Assembly: GCA_000708835.1 (NCBI GenBank)
Contig: DF237445.1
Location: 4,216 to 68,215 of the forward strand
Direction of reading: 5' to 3'
Length of the DNA stretch: 64,000 nucleotides
Source of the DNA: Klebsormidium nitens
Taxonomy: Eukaryota; Plantae; Klebsormidiophyceae
The notes under the pieces are model-generated. The model saw only the letters and a program-made list of their open reading frames with translations. It was not told where the DNA came from and ran no database searches. This document shows positions 43,758 through 55,969 of this stretch, piece by piece. A program made the translations under genes and the position numbers. Position 1 is the stretch's first letter. Every line of letters starts with the position of its first letter.

Positions 43758-45336
43758 TCACGCCTGCAGCTGCAGGATGACCGTCTCCCCGGTCGCCCCG
43801 TCCGAGTCCTCGTACTCTCCCTCGTCCGGGAAAAAGAGATCCACCTCGTCGCTCGACATCGAATTCCAGTCCGCATCAGCGTCCAAATCAGACGCCGCTG
43901 CGTCCGAATCGGCTTCATCAGCGTCCGACGCCGTCCAAAAGCCCCACCGGTGCAGCCGCAGACTCTCCACCAGAACGTTAACCCGCAAAGACCGCAGTAC
44001 GGACGCCCGGCAGCCGTCCGATTCGCCGTTTGAGCAGTGATCGGTGGGCGTCCGGGAAACGCCAACGCGTCCGCTGTCTGCGTACTCAGGTGTTGGGTTC
44101 TCTGAAGGGCGCAAGTTCTCGCCGCCGACGGGAATGAACTTGGTCTGCTCGAGTGCGGAGTTGCCTGGCAAGGAAGAGACGAGGCGAAATGTTTTGCGAA
44201 AATCCTGACAGTCCATCATGCATACGGGATGGAAGTTGAAAACAACGATAACAACGATCAAGGACAACATCTTGAAGAGGACTTAGAGACGCAAGCAGTC
44301 AAGAAAGCTTTGGATATAGCAAGTGGTCGAAAAGCTTTCGGTCGGACAGAATATGTCAGAGGGGCAAGGACTTTAGAGGGCTTTGGGAACAAGTCGTAAT
44401 CAGCTTTCGCTGGCTCAGAAATGCCGAAAAGAAAGCCGCTTGCTTCTCGAAGAAGGCCAACTCCTGAAGTCTCCTAATTTGGGACAGAGCATACGACAGC
44501 GCGACATGGGTTGACAGCCCAATCGGGCTCTTAACCACAAAATCTGAATACCCTACAATACATTTTTGTGTAGACTTGTGTAGACTTAATTTAACAATGC
44601 CGAACTTGACTGGATCGTTGGCCTGCGACATGAAGAAGTTGTTACTGCATCGAACAGGCACTCCGTTGTGCTCGAGGACATCAAATTCTCACCACTTGCA
44701 ACAGTTATGCTGTGCGCGTCCGAGTCTCTGCTCTCTGCGGGCTCGTCAGTCTCAACCTGCAAATAAGCCAGCACGTTTCTACTTTTTGCGGAAACGTGCG
44801 GATAAAAAGGAACGCTAAACTTGAAACAAGCTCACTAAGGTTTGTCGTGCGAGCACAGCGTTCTAGGCGCGGAAAAGGTTCTGTCAGTTCTCGAGACAAG
44901 GCACCTCTGAAACGACTTTACGTTCCATCTAGTTCCTTTGCAGGAAGCCCCATAAGGAAAGGTAGTGTCGGCGTTGTCATTGACGGCTTGTTTAGTTTCC
45001 TTGAAGATATCTTTGACCAGGTTTGGGCCACTTTTCAAGAGTGTATTGCCCCCAAACCGTTACAGCTGTTAGAACTCTACAACCGCCGTTTGCGACGGGC
45101 AACGTCTCCACTTCAGAATCATGCCAAGGTGATTACCTGAGAAAGCGATGTAGATTTAACCAGGACCAGGTAACGGAAGGCCGTCTTACATTTGAGGCTG
45201 CCAAGGACGGCGCAACCAAACTCGCAAACGACCGACGGACGGATGCGCCAGAGACATGGAACTTGTGCCGCTGGACTGTGCACAGTGCCAGAAGCATGAG
45301 CCCTAAGACGACCGCATTTCTGCCGGACCCCGCCAT
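43758..45336 (-). CDS. Hypothetical ~205 aa protein with an N-terminal hydrophobic signal-like segment and an acidic C-terminus
   Basis: Exons 45336-45190, 44756-44693 and 44164-43758 join in frame through strong GT-AG sites (AAT|gtaaga, tttgcag|GTT, GTG|gtgaga, ttgccag|GC). No family recognised. Confidence 0.55.
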
Positions 45337-47130
45337 CGGCACCCTTGATTGATTCACCAAAACCCCGTACGTATCTGCCCTTGCTTTTCGAATGCAGATT
45401 TCAATCTATGAAGGTCGATTGGCCTTTAATGCTTCTCGGTAGTATGGGCAAGGATTAAGGGCTTGGTAAACGCGGTATTACCCACGCAAAAGCACTCCTG
45501 AGGCTCTACCTTTTACCTTTTCGAAACAAATTCCAGGTCTGGGGTTCGGTTCTCCCTCAGCTGGCCCGATTCCGCTTGAATCTTGCTAACGCTAGTGGAT
45601 TCAATCCATCGTTGCAATGCTACACAAGCACTACGACTACACAGGAAAATGATGGTCCCTATTGGTAGAAGGGCGATATGCCTGCGTGAAATTCAGTGCG
45701 CACATTCTCATGGCGGAGTGAATTGCAGACCAGAGTCTTCCCGCTATCGTGCCCCGTCTTCAAATGCTCGCCCCTGACCGAACTTAGCTCCCGCTTGCAG
45801 GTAATCTGTCTTCAATGCTGAGGGGTAAAAGTTTTTGTGTTGCCTTTGTAGTCTGTAGTTCCGCTCAATGCAGCATCAAGCAGTGGCAACACATCAGTGC
45901 GCATGAAGAGGTAAGGGAAGAGTTCTTGCAGCGTAAAGTGGATGTATAACGTAACATGAGTTGCCAATGGGAGCAGGTCTAAGTGCATGCCCCTAGTGCG
46001 CCGGATGGACTCTGTAATCGATCGATAATAAGAGAGCACAAGTATCTGCAGCGTGCAATCATTCTTTCTGATGTTGCCGATCTGTGGATCAGCGAATGGA
46101 TAAGGCTAGTCATCATTACGACGTGGAAAAGTGAAAAGCGCACCTGGATTCCTGCCAAGTCGGCTGCTGCCCGCGTTTGAGCAGCACGTGGTGAGTCGTC
46201 GACCAATGAAAGTCGTATGGCTTTAGAGCACGCGAGTTTCTGGCTCAGGAGATTCACTGATCCTATAAATAGCCCTCGTACGTGAACATGATTCATAGAG
46301 TGACTCACAAGCACATGCATGCAGTCCTACTGTTCAATATTGCTTTAGAAGAATTCTACCAGTTGTTGAGACGTGCCACTCGCCGCCAGCTTGAGAAAAG
46401 TGTCGATCGTTCCCCTTCTTAATATTCCAAAGCTGTTCTAACTCCAAGTTGGCCCAGACTCTTTTGAGCAACTGCCACACTCTTGATCACATTTCGCGCG
46501 AATGTTTATCGAACGGCTAGAGTTTCATCGAGCTCTTATCTCACGGCCTACAAATACTTGCCACGTTGGGGCCAATATGGCAAGAGTAGACGACGTACAG
46601 TGCTGCAGCCGGAGCCTCAGGGAAGTGCTCGAGCTTGCAAGTTTGCAAGTCGCAGCTGCATGGCGCCAGTTGCTTCGCGCATCCAAGCATTCAAGCTCAA
46701 GTGATGAGGACAAGAGCTTGGAAAACCAGGAATTTTTTTGAATTGCTGATAGCAGTGATATCAAAGGCCCGAATCCTGCAATGCTGTGGCAAAAGCCGGC
46801 GGCGGCAGCTCGGTTACTCCAAATTATGTGAGCATGATAATCTTTTTGCTGAAGCAATGCTGCTCTTAAAAAATCCCTACTCCAAGCTCTGCAGGCGACC
46901 TACAAACACATCACCAGGGTTAGGAGGAAGGTGCAATCTGCCCTTAAAAGCTGCCTGCCGGTTTCTAAACTGCGCCGCACACATCAGCCATTCTTAGAAG
47001 TAAACAGATTGCATAGTCAGTTCCGGTGCTCTTGAAACTTTGCTCAACATGTTTCCAAGGACCAGCTGACAGCGAAGGTGCCCCGCATTGAGCGCACCAG
47101 TCCGCTGAAGGTGCGCTACTGTTACTTTCA

Positions 47131-49952
47131 ATGGCACACCCGTACTACACTCGCGCAAAAGACCTTCAGTACCGGGCTGCCGGCGTCCTCCCATTCGCTG
47201 TTGCCCCAGCCGGACAGGTTCTCATTCTGTTGGGCCGGGAGCGGGGTTGGGGTCCCCGCAGCCACACGCTGCGGTGGAAAGACTTTGGGGGGCACCGTGA
47301 GGCCATAGACGAGGACGCAGAATCGACAGCCGCACGCGAGTTCAGCGAAGAAACCCTAGGGTTGTTTGGCGGGCCGGAGGTCGCCACCTGCAGCATTGCG
47401 GCGTCCACGTCAACAATGAGCGCGCGCCTGAGGAGTGCTGGTGGCGTCTTTAGGGTTGACGCGCCGTTGAGGAACGGCGGGAGCTACTGCATGTTTGTGG
47501 CGCGAGTGGCGTACATCGATCCGCTGCTGTTCAACCTGGCGACGCAGGAGAATGCGGTGACTAAGGGAGTGGAGGGGGCGGAGAAGTGCGGGTTTGCGTG
47601 GGTGGAGGCGGGGCGGCTGCTGGCTGCGATTGAAGCGGAGGAGGCTGGGAGTGCGAAGAGCGCTCAGGAGAAAGCTCTGAAGAGGGAATGCAAAGGTTGT
47701 ACTGAAGCGGCAGGCGACGCCGGTGGTGGCAAATCAGAGAAAGCGTGCCAAGTGGCGGCGAAGGGGACTAACACAAAGTCTGAGGTCGAAAGCAGCGGTG
47801 GGGCGTCTGCAAATGCAGGCGTGGGGGAAACAGTGAACGGCGGCGCTTCATTCCGTAGAAGCGTGGTGGCTGTGATGGTAAAAGGCCCCAAGCCTGCCCG
47901 GACAGCCAAATGCGGTCGACCCCGCAGCAAAGGCGATCACAGATTGTTGCTGCATTCCTCATTCGTGTGCACGTTGCGGCGCGCTCAAGCAGGGGGGCTG
48001 ATGGATTTTCTGGCAGGGGCTTGTCAGGGGGGGCCGCCGAGCCAGCCAATCTTTCCGGCAGGGGGTACAGACTGGGAGGGCGGGCCAGGGAGTGTTACGC
48101 TGAAACGCAAGGAGAGGGAGGAGAAGGAGCGAGCGGGGAAGAAGCGGCGGTTGAGTTCGGAGTGCCTGGTGTACTGGGTCCTTCATGCTAGGAAGATTGG
48201 GGCCTTGGAGGATGGTTTGGGAGTGGGAGACTTGGGAATCGACGAGGTTGTGGGACAGGGCAGGTCTGGGGAGAGCACTCGGCAAGCGGTGGCGGCGTCT
48301 GAGGACGGGAGTCGGATAGGGGTCGAGCCGGGGTGCATTGGTGATGGTCAGGAAGGGCTCCAGCCACAGGAGAGGTGTCGGGTCGATGTGCGCGTCATTC
48401 AGCGGTCCAGCAACATTGCAAAAGCGAGCAATGGAATGTAAGTGCAGGCGTTGGCTGGCAAGCCGCATTCGGGGCTTTGTGAGCGGAGTTCCGGTCAGCA
48501 AGGATTGGCGGGATCCGAGGTCGAGGGCAGCAAAATGCAAGATACTCAAAGCGCACCCAGGCAAAAGAGAGGCGTGGAAAGTGGTGGGAGGGAGTTCTTG
48601 GACACGTTTCCAGCGGAGCAAAGGAGTACGGTCGCGGGCGCGTTCCACGAGGCTGCCAGGAGTGGCGAAGGGGAGCCGGCGGCGGTGGTAGCGAGCGTCC
48701 TTGCGCGCGCTGCCTTGAAAGTGCAGCAACTGCGGTGAGGCTTCTCCGCTGCATTGTCGTCCCTGAGGCTAACATTCAATGGAGGTGGCTACATTCTAAC
48801 GTCGTTGGGGAGACATGAAAAGAGTATTGGTTCCAGAAGGCGTGCAGCAATCAAAGATTGCTTCCGCTGCCAGGCAAAAGGTGCTTCTTGTCTCCAACCG
48901 CTTTCCTATCGAGCAACAGCCACTCAATTGATGGCACAGGAGTATTTCGTGTTACCGTTTAGAACTTCGAGTTGAAGAACTGAAAACCCAGTGACCTTCA
49001 CGAGGAGAATTGCATTACGTCTGGAAGCAGTGCAACAAGAATGAAGTACTTAGTAGGAATATAGCAAGGCGTATAGCAAGGCGTATAGCAAGGCGTTTGC
49101 TGTGTAGCTTTCCAATATCTTGAACATACCAGTGCACCCAATACCTTGGCATGATAAATCCCTCTGAGTGTCTCGAGCTCCGTGACGTCGTTTACCTTAT
49201 CCAGTTCGGGTCGAGCACATCCGAGGTCGTATCGCTGTGACACTCTCCTTCGACGCAATGATGTGGATGCCGAAATCTGCTCGAAAACGGCCTAAATCGC
49301 TTCGACTCCCCGTTCCTGCAGGTTGACCACTGCCCCAGCCACTGCCCCAGATGCCTTCCAACAGTCTGCTCCCGTCGACCTGCCCCCCTTGCGCCCTGCC
49401 GATTCCGTAGGGGCCAGACCGCAGTACTCGCACTCAGACAACCCTGCGTCAGCAGCCCCCCCGGTTGTCTCTGCGCGTTTTGCGAACAGATTGACGACAG
49501 CCAGCCTTGTACATAAAGACGACCCTCTCTTAGCCGCTCTCGGCTCAGCAGCCGCTCCGTCCCTTGTACATAAGATTGAGGACGCGGCAGATCCTCAATC
49601 CGGCTTCCCCCTTGTAGATAGAAACCGTATCGACGAAGTCGGACTGGGTGTTGCAGGCCGAAATGAAGCCCCGTCCTGGGAACTGTACGCTAGAAGATAT
49701 GCTCTGGGCAGCAGCGGTCGGGAAACCGGAGACGGGCCTGTAGAACAAAGCAACTGTGCGAAAAGTGCACTTTTCACCCCAGGCGCTCAAGCGGCAGCGG
49801 CTGCTTGGGCGGAACTGGAGCGTCAACTGAGAGGGATCCCTCCGGAAGGGGCGCTCGCTTATGCTCGCTCGGTCATCGAGTGGGGTTCTCTGGGAGATGC
49901 GGAAAAGAGGAGGAGGAAGAAGCGAAGGCGGCTGGCGGTGGGCCGTAGGTAG
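47131..49952 (+). CDS. Nudix hydrolase with a long low-complexity C-terminal region
   Basis: Exon 1 starts at ATG 47131: AAGVLPF...LILLGRE...WKDFGGHREAIDEDAESTAAREFSEETLG (Nudix box) and EKCGFAWV. It splices from donor 48438 (or 48735) to acceptor 49321 and ends in a basic NLS-like tail, KRRRKKRRR. Confidence 0.8.
49060..49095 (+). repeat. Tandem repeat, 3 x 12 bp
   Basis: TATAGCAAGGCG x3, perfect, inside the Nudix intron. Confidence 0.9.
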
Positions 49953-50926
49953 TCGACGCACCTTGAACAATGAGTTGGGGTACAACCTTCAGCGATGCGC
50001 ACTGTCAAAGTGTTGGGACCAGAGAGAGTAGGCGCCGCCGGTTGCCCTGTACATACACTGTTGTAAATAATCGGAAAGGCCGTCCTTTTATTGGCATACT
50101 CCTCTCATTCAACAATCAAGCCTGTGCTCGAATGGAAAAAGGGGTCGTTATGCTGACAGCGTGAATGGCGCAAAGGATGTGCAGATTGATCCTGATGTGG
50201 GAAGGAATAAGGGGGCCGTTGTGTGCTTGCACGTAGCTGCATGCACGACGCTGGATCGACAGCCTTACTTAAGGTTCCATTTAGCTAGCTCATGTGGTAT
50301 ATATTCAATAACCTGTTGGAACTTAGGAATTGTAAATTGATCAACTCGAGTTTGTGACTCGCGCTGTAATGCCGGCAAGGCTATACATACGTTTAAAGGA
50401 GCTCAGACATCCATGCTTCTCCTTTACTAGCCCTTCCGACTTGATTTCTCTTCTGGGTAACGTTCTGTTTCCAGCGCCGAACAGCTAGGCCGGCGCGTGG
50501 GTCGTGGCGCCGGGTACAACGGATATTGCAAAATAGCGCATGCACATCATTCCATAACATGTGCATACCAATGTGTCACTGCAACTTGGTTGATTCATTC
50601 AAGGACAGTATGTTGTGCCATGTCTCGAAGCCCCGCTTCGACAACACAATCCTCTGTTGCACAGCACTCTTGCACCACCTCCGATATGTGCATCCGACGA
50701 AGGTGATGAAGCCCGCGTGCGCAATGGTTCTCTGTCATGAGACCAAGGACAGATGGGAGAATGAAATGTTGCTGCATAAGCTGTTTCTCCAAGCACTCAA
50801 AGTACATAACAGTAGTGCAATTTTGCCGCGTGCTATTGTTACATACAAGATACGACGCAATTCTGTATACAGCAGTCGAGTTCGTATCCCGCGAATGGCA
50901 GAAGGACTGAGCAACAAGACTCGTCA

Positions 50927-52205
50927 TTAACTATAATGACCCTCAATTTCAACGACTAGGCTGTTGTGAGCTCTAGCCATCGGTTCGCTGACAAGTTGAT
51001 GGAGGCCCGTTCCATAAACCCTCCAAGTAGGCCCCCAGGGCTCAGGCTGTCCTCCAGCTCCAGGACGGAACGAAAAAGACCTGCTTATCGTGAGCTTCGA
51101 ATTGCGCAGAAGCAGCTGGTAATCGATTTCAATTACGATATTGTTCTTGGGTATCTCCTCTCCTAAGTTGCTGACGTGAAGCGGAGCAGATTTGAGACAG
51201 ACGCCCTTATCCGTCACAATTACAGTCCACCACCGTGTATGAGGTCCCGAGAACTCCGAAAAGGTGTACTCCATTCTTGAATCGGCGCCAGTCAGCTTCT
51301 CCATAACGGAAACAAACGTGCACCGAGCTGTGAAACCCTTCCCTTCTACATCTTCCGTAACGATCACCCCTTGGAGTCAAGGCCTCGAGGCCGTTAACCA
51401 AACCTTGCAGATTCCAGTACCGCGCTTGCGCAAGCAGCGCCGGATCCCGTTCCGCCGGAATCGCTCCGGTCGCCAGGTACTCCACGATGGGCGCCCACCG
51501 GTGCGGGTGGCACGTGACGATTGCGCGCCCCTCTGCATTGCGCGCGTAGTCCCACTCGCCGCCGTACATCTTGTATAGGTGAGACTCCGGATCGGACGCC
51601 AGGACGCTCCGGGGAAGGGATCCCTCTTGGCCGTTCAGCGCGAGCACGTAATGGAACCGCTCGCGATCATTTTCGCACAGCCCAACGGCCTCGCAGGTAC
51701 GCCTGAGTTCGTCCTCAAGGCCTGCGATTGTCCGCTCGCTTTCGGTTTCCCTTTCCAACATTGCAGTCCGCAGCGCAACCAGATTCGCATGGATGACGTC
51801 ATTCTGTGCTCTTGCTTGCGCAAGCTCTTCGCTCAGCGCCGCGACGCGCGCTTGCAGAACGACCGTCTTCGAGCGGGCCTCCCCCGCGGCCGCCTGCGCT
51901 TCCGCCGAGCGCGCGGTTTCCGCACGGAGAGCGACGCAAGCCAGCTTCACGAACTTCCTCAGGGCTTTCAACTCAGCCTTGAGCTCGCTCTGTTCGAGCG
52001 CTTCAACCGCGACTGGTTGAACAACCGAGGACTCGAGTGGAACAGCCTGTTCAGGGAACGGTCTCTGTCCACCAAGACCTTCTGATGAGATCGAAGGCGT
52101 ACACTCGAAAGCAACCAGGGGAGAGCTGGATGCCTCTTCTGGGCAGCCCGCTTCGCTTTTCTTGAGCGAGTGCCCTAACAAGGACTTCACCATTTTCAGG
52201 GCCAT
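50927..52205 (-). pseudogene. Coiled-coil + BTB/POZ (KCTD/T1-like) protein gene interrupted by a +1 frameshift (pseudogene or sequencing error)
   Basis: Intronless CDS 52205->~51372: heptad region, then LNGQEGSLPRSVL...LYKMYGGEWD...WAPIVEYLATG...ARYWNLQGL. A protein-like continuation (GVIVTEDVEGKGFTARCTF..., 146 aa, to the stop at 50927) lies in the next frame after one extra A at 51371. Confidence 0.65.
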
Positions 52206-54136
52206 CTGCGGTTAAGGTAGAAAAAAGACAGATCAAAGTCACTACGTTGGCGGCATCCCAACCTCTCGCATGCCAATGAAGTTCTGAAGTTGATCGATCC
52301 AACTCATCGCCGTGGACAATACTGCGCCTGTGACCTAGAGGAGCGGAAAACTTGCGAAATGGTTGTGCCGAAAGCAGATAACCTTCGAGCAAAGCACCTG
52401 CATGTGCGCAGAACACCTTCGGCACGCAAGCGGTGTCAATGGAAGTGGTCGCGATCGAGTGATGTGGAAATCGGGCGGAAGTCCCACCTAAAGGACGTTG
52501 AAGGTTCATACTAATGGTAATGTTTTCGCGGCCCGGCTGAAAAGAATAATTCCTCGTCGAAGACTACTTGACTGGCTAAAGTGAAACAGACGAATGAGAG
52601 GGACGTTGACTGCGGTACAGTACGAAACACCTGTGTGTCCATGATGAAGCAAGCAGCCTGAGTCGATTCAGTCCCAATCTGGTAGCAGAAAACACACGCA
52701 CTTGAAGTGACCAAGACAAGGGGAGCAGCGATTGAACAAAAGCATCTTCTGCTCTAGGAAAAGGAGGATGAGGGAATTGAGCCTTCAGCGGTTGTCTGCA
52801 CGGTTCATTTCGGGTCTGGCTTACACTATTACGTCACTTCGCCCCCTTGCAGCTAAACGGCAAGAAACTGTCCAGCGTCCAGTTGGAAGCAAGGAAAATT
52901 GCAAAGAAAGCAGGGTGGAGCGAAACATACGAATCGCTGAGGCAAGAGCTTACTGAGTGAGCCCGTCTTCTTTCTGACCCTTGTTGAAAGCCTGACAATG
53001 GATTTCATATTGTGACAAGCCCTGGACTGAATCCATCCATGTTACAACGAGCAAGTATCTTTGGAAGTGCTTAAGAAGAATCTTTGAACAAAAAACTCTC
53101 CGCAGATTAATCACTCGCTCAGCAACCTTGCATGGCTAGAAACAACGTGCTATATGCATCAAGCGCATTTCGTCGTCTTACCGCACTCCTCTCAACAAAA
53201 CGAGGGTCTACCAGCTGAGGAAAATCCGTCCGCTTGAAGCTAAGCTAGCCTAGTTGAGGACTCTAGGGGCGCCCTGGGTATAGTAGCGTGCATTAGCGTG
53301 CCCAAAAGTGTCTATGATTCTTCTGGAGCAACTGCCAGTCGGGAATATGACGTCGTTCTCTGCAATCTGGACGCCTTGGCTGTCACACGTGCTCCCTCGC
53401 TGATTGTGAGGAGTGATGCACAGGGAGTGCTCTCAGGATTCAAAGCAGTTTTCCCTCCCCCAGACCTAGAATCCCAATCAACAGCTCAAAGAAATAGGAC
53501 GGTGACCTTGCATGTCACAAGACAATGAGAAATGGTTTCATCCTTAACATCGCGCATCTGTCCAATGCTTAGGACTTCTGATTCACTTCTACCGGCTTAA
53601 CTCTGAAAGTCTTGCGCTTTGAACCAGCTAACTATAGTCAGATCTAGATGATCTTTCGGATGCCGCGCAGCAATCCGTCAACGCGGCCGGCCGCGCACGG
53701 GGTGGCCGCCGGGGGGCCGGCCGCCCCGGTGCGCACCGCAAAGGGTTTGGGAAGGTTTCGTTCCGGTGCGACCGAGTCATTCCGACCGACTCGGTTCCGG
53801 CCTTCAAACGTGAAGTTACAGACGCCCATATCTGCAAAGTCCAATGGGCAGGGGCAATCTTGACAGCAAGTGCGCTTTGCAATGCCTTTCTCGACATCCG
53901 CAGCGAGCTGCTGTCTGCGGCGATTGCGTTGCAGTGTTCCATTCGAGAGGAGTCACAGGGTTCCAGCAGATTGCTGGCAAAGCAGAGATCTGATTGCAAG
54001 AAAGCAGATTTCTGAATCGGCGACGCTCTTGCCAACAAATTTGAGGACAAATAAACACCGTGATAGCATTCTCTCTGAGCAGAGCAAGAGGAGATTCCAC
54101 AACCGCAGCCTGATTGCCACTGATTACAGACTTAGG

Positions 54137-55025
54137 ATGTCAGCGGAAAGTAAGGATTCTGGAGCTTCCCCTAGTGCACCACCAGCCAAAGCAGATGTAA
54201 GACCTGCTAGCGATGCTGTAAAGGGTGCTGATGACAGTCCGATCGTTCAGTATCTAGTCATCAGGAAAGATCTGGTGGAAGTTGAGAAGTGGCCCCTGGG
54301 TGCATTGCTCGCTCAGGCAAGCCACGCAGCTGTTGCTGCAGTTTGGTTGAACAGAGAAGATCCTGCCACCATTGAGTACTGCTCAGGAACGAACCTGGAC
54401 AACATGCATAAGGTGAGAGTTGTTTGATACTCATTTTCCACCACCATGTCAGCATTCCCTTCAAAATGATTGCTTCTGACGTTGTTTTGGAATCACTGCA
54501 ACGCCCACTTAATTCACTCAGTTCATGTCCACAATGATCATCATACTTGAGAATCACTTCCCCCGCCAAACAGACACACTTCCCCCGCCAGACAGACACT
54601 GTCAATCACAGCAACCACCATTCGTCGCTACCATAAGCATTTGCTTAAGCCCCATCAACGACCTTGCCTTGCTGAGAAAGAGACAGAAAAGTATCTGAGC
54701 GCTGAGCTGACCAAATGTTTGGGGGCCCAGGCTCGAGTTTCTTCCTTTTGAAAATTTTGAGGACTCATTGCACTGCTTATCTTCGAAACCGTTTACCAAA
54801 GCTGTTGCAGATTGAGTCATCTGGTTCCTGACCTGGCTGCAGGTAGTCTTGGAACTTAAGAACGAGGTGCAGTTGAGAAACTTTTCAGAGAAGCTAGAAG
54901 CCAAAGGTGTAAAACACAAGCTGTGGATGGAGCAGCCTGAAAACATTCCAACGTGTTTAGCTACAAAACCTTACAAGAAGTCGGATATTGCAGACGAGTT
55001 TATAAAGTGCAAGTTATGCCGATAG
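54137..55025 (+). CDS. PTRHD1: Peptidyl-tRNA hydrolase domain protein (PTH2 family, PTRHD1-like)
   Basis: Exons 54137-54412 and 54843-55025. IVQYLVIRKDL..KWPLGALLAQASHAAVA; KVVLE..HKLWMEQPENIPTCLATKPY. Confidence 0.92.
54556..54599 (+). repeat. Tandem duplication, 2 x 22 bp
   Basis: ACTTCCCCCGCCA(A/G)ACAGACAC x2 with one mismatch, in the PTRHD1 intron. Confidence 0.85.
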
Positions 55026-55969
55026 CAGGGAGAATTTATTATCCCAAATCACTCTCAGGGCACCGAATTATCTTAGCATTTTTGCGATGCCGGATGCGTG
55101 TCACTTCCTGGCAAGCAAAATGACAGGTGTTGGTACCTCTTATTGAGCTGCCAGAGATGCCATCTTTGCGGATGTGATTCAGCAGCATTCACGCTAAGAC
55201 CATTCAAGCTGCCGAAACATACCATCAAAGACTGAACGCATGCTGAAATTGAGCTGCCCTTTTGTCTGCCAGCTTGGCCGGTTCGTTGTAACAATATGCG
55301 CGTCCCATCAGTATGAGAAGCCTATGGCCTATTTGGCTACGGCGAGAACGAAAAGCGATCATCACCCAAAAGTTGCAATGGCAGAACTCAGCTTCAATCA
55401 AAATGACACATACAGGGCCATGGCCACCATGCATGATGGTATCTTGGCACAGGCCGACTAGTGTACCTAGACAGCTTACTTGTTAATAATCAAATTCGGC
55501 CTGCAGTTGCAAATGATTCATCGCAGAGAGAAAAAGACTTGCATTGAAGGCAACAGTGATTCGATCATCGGTTCTCAAAAACGCTCTGGTTGTCGAGTGG
55601 CAAGCATCATGAGAGGCCGGATCCCGGGTCTGTGCAGTTAGTCAGTCGCGCTAGCTGTCAGCAAGACAACGATGATTACGTCCTCGTGACCATCGCATGC
55701 AGCGCCCGTTTGATGATAAAGTCGAAGTTCGACAACAAAATCATTCAAGGCCGTGCATGGTGTGAATTGTGCATTTGCAGAGTGACTGTCCCATTGATAA
55801 TCATACGAGGAATAACATGTTATTCCATACGTATGCATACTTAAAACAGTCTGATCTCGTTAGATGCCCGCCTTGACCTAGGGAATTGTGTGAGACATGG
55901 GCTAAAGCCAAAGGCTCCGAGCAGAAAGCTTTCAATCACGCCCTTTACGTCTCAGAAGCTCTAACATTC

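Noticed and set aside
44229-44399. 56-codon acidic plus-strand ORF (MEVENNDNND...)
   Set aside because: Short, lies antisense inside an intron of the orphan gene model, and has no supporting splice or homology signal.
47959-48775. Minus-strand ORFs (256 aa at 47959-48729, 126 aa at 48395-48775)
   Set aside because: They are antisense shadows of the GC-rich Nudix coding region and show no recognisable motifs.
50595-50927. 110-aa minus-strand ORF whose ATG overlaps the BTB stop (TAATG)
   Set aside because: It resembles a stop-restart motif, but the peptide has no family features and lies in a probable 3' UTR; likely chance.
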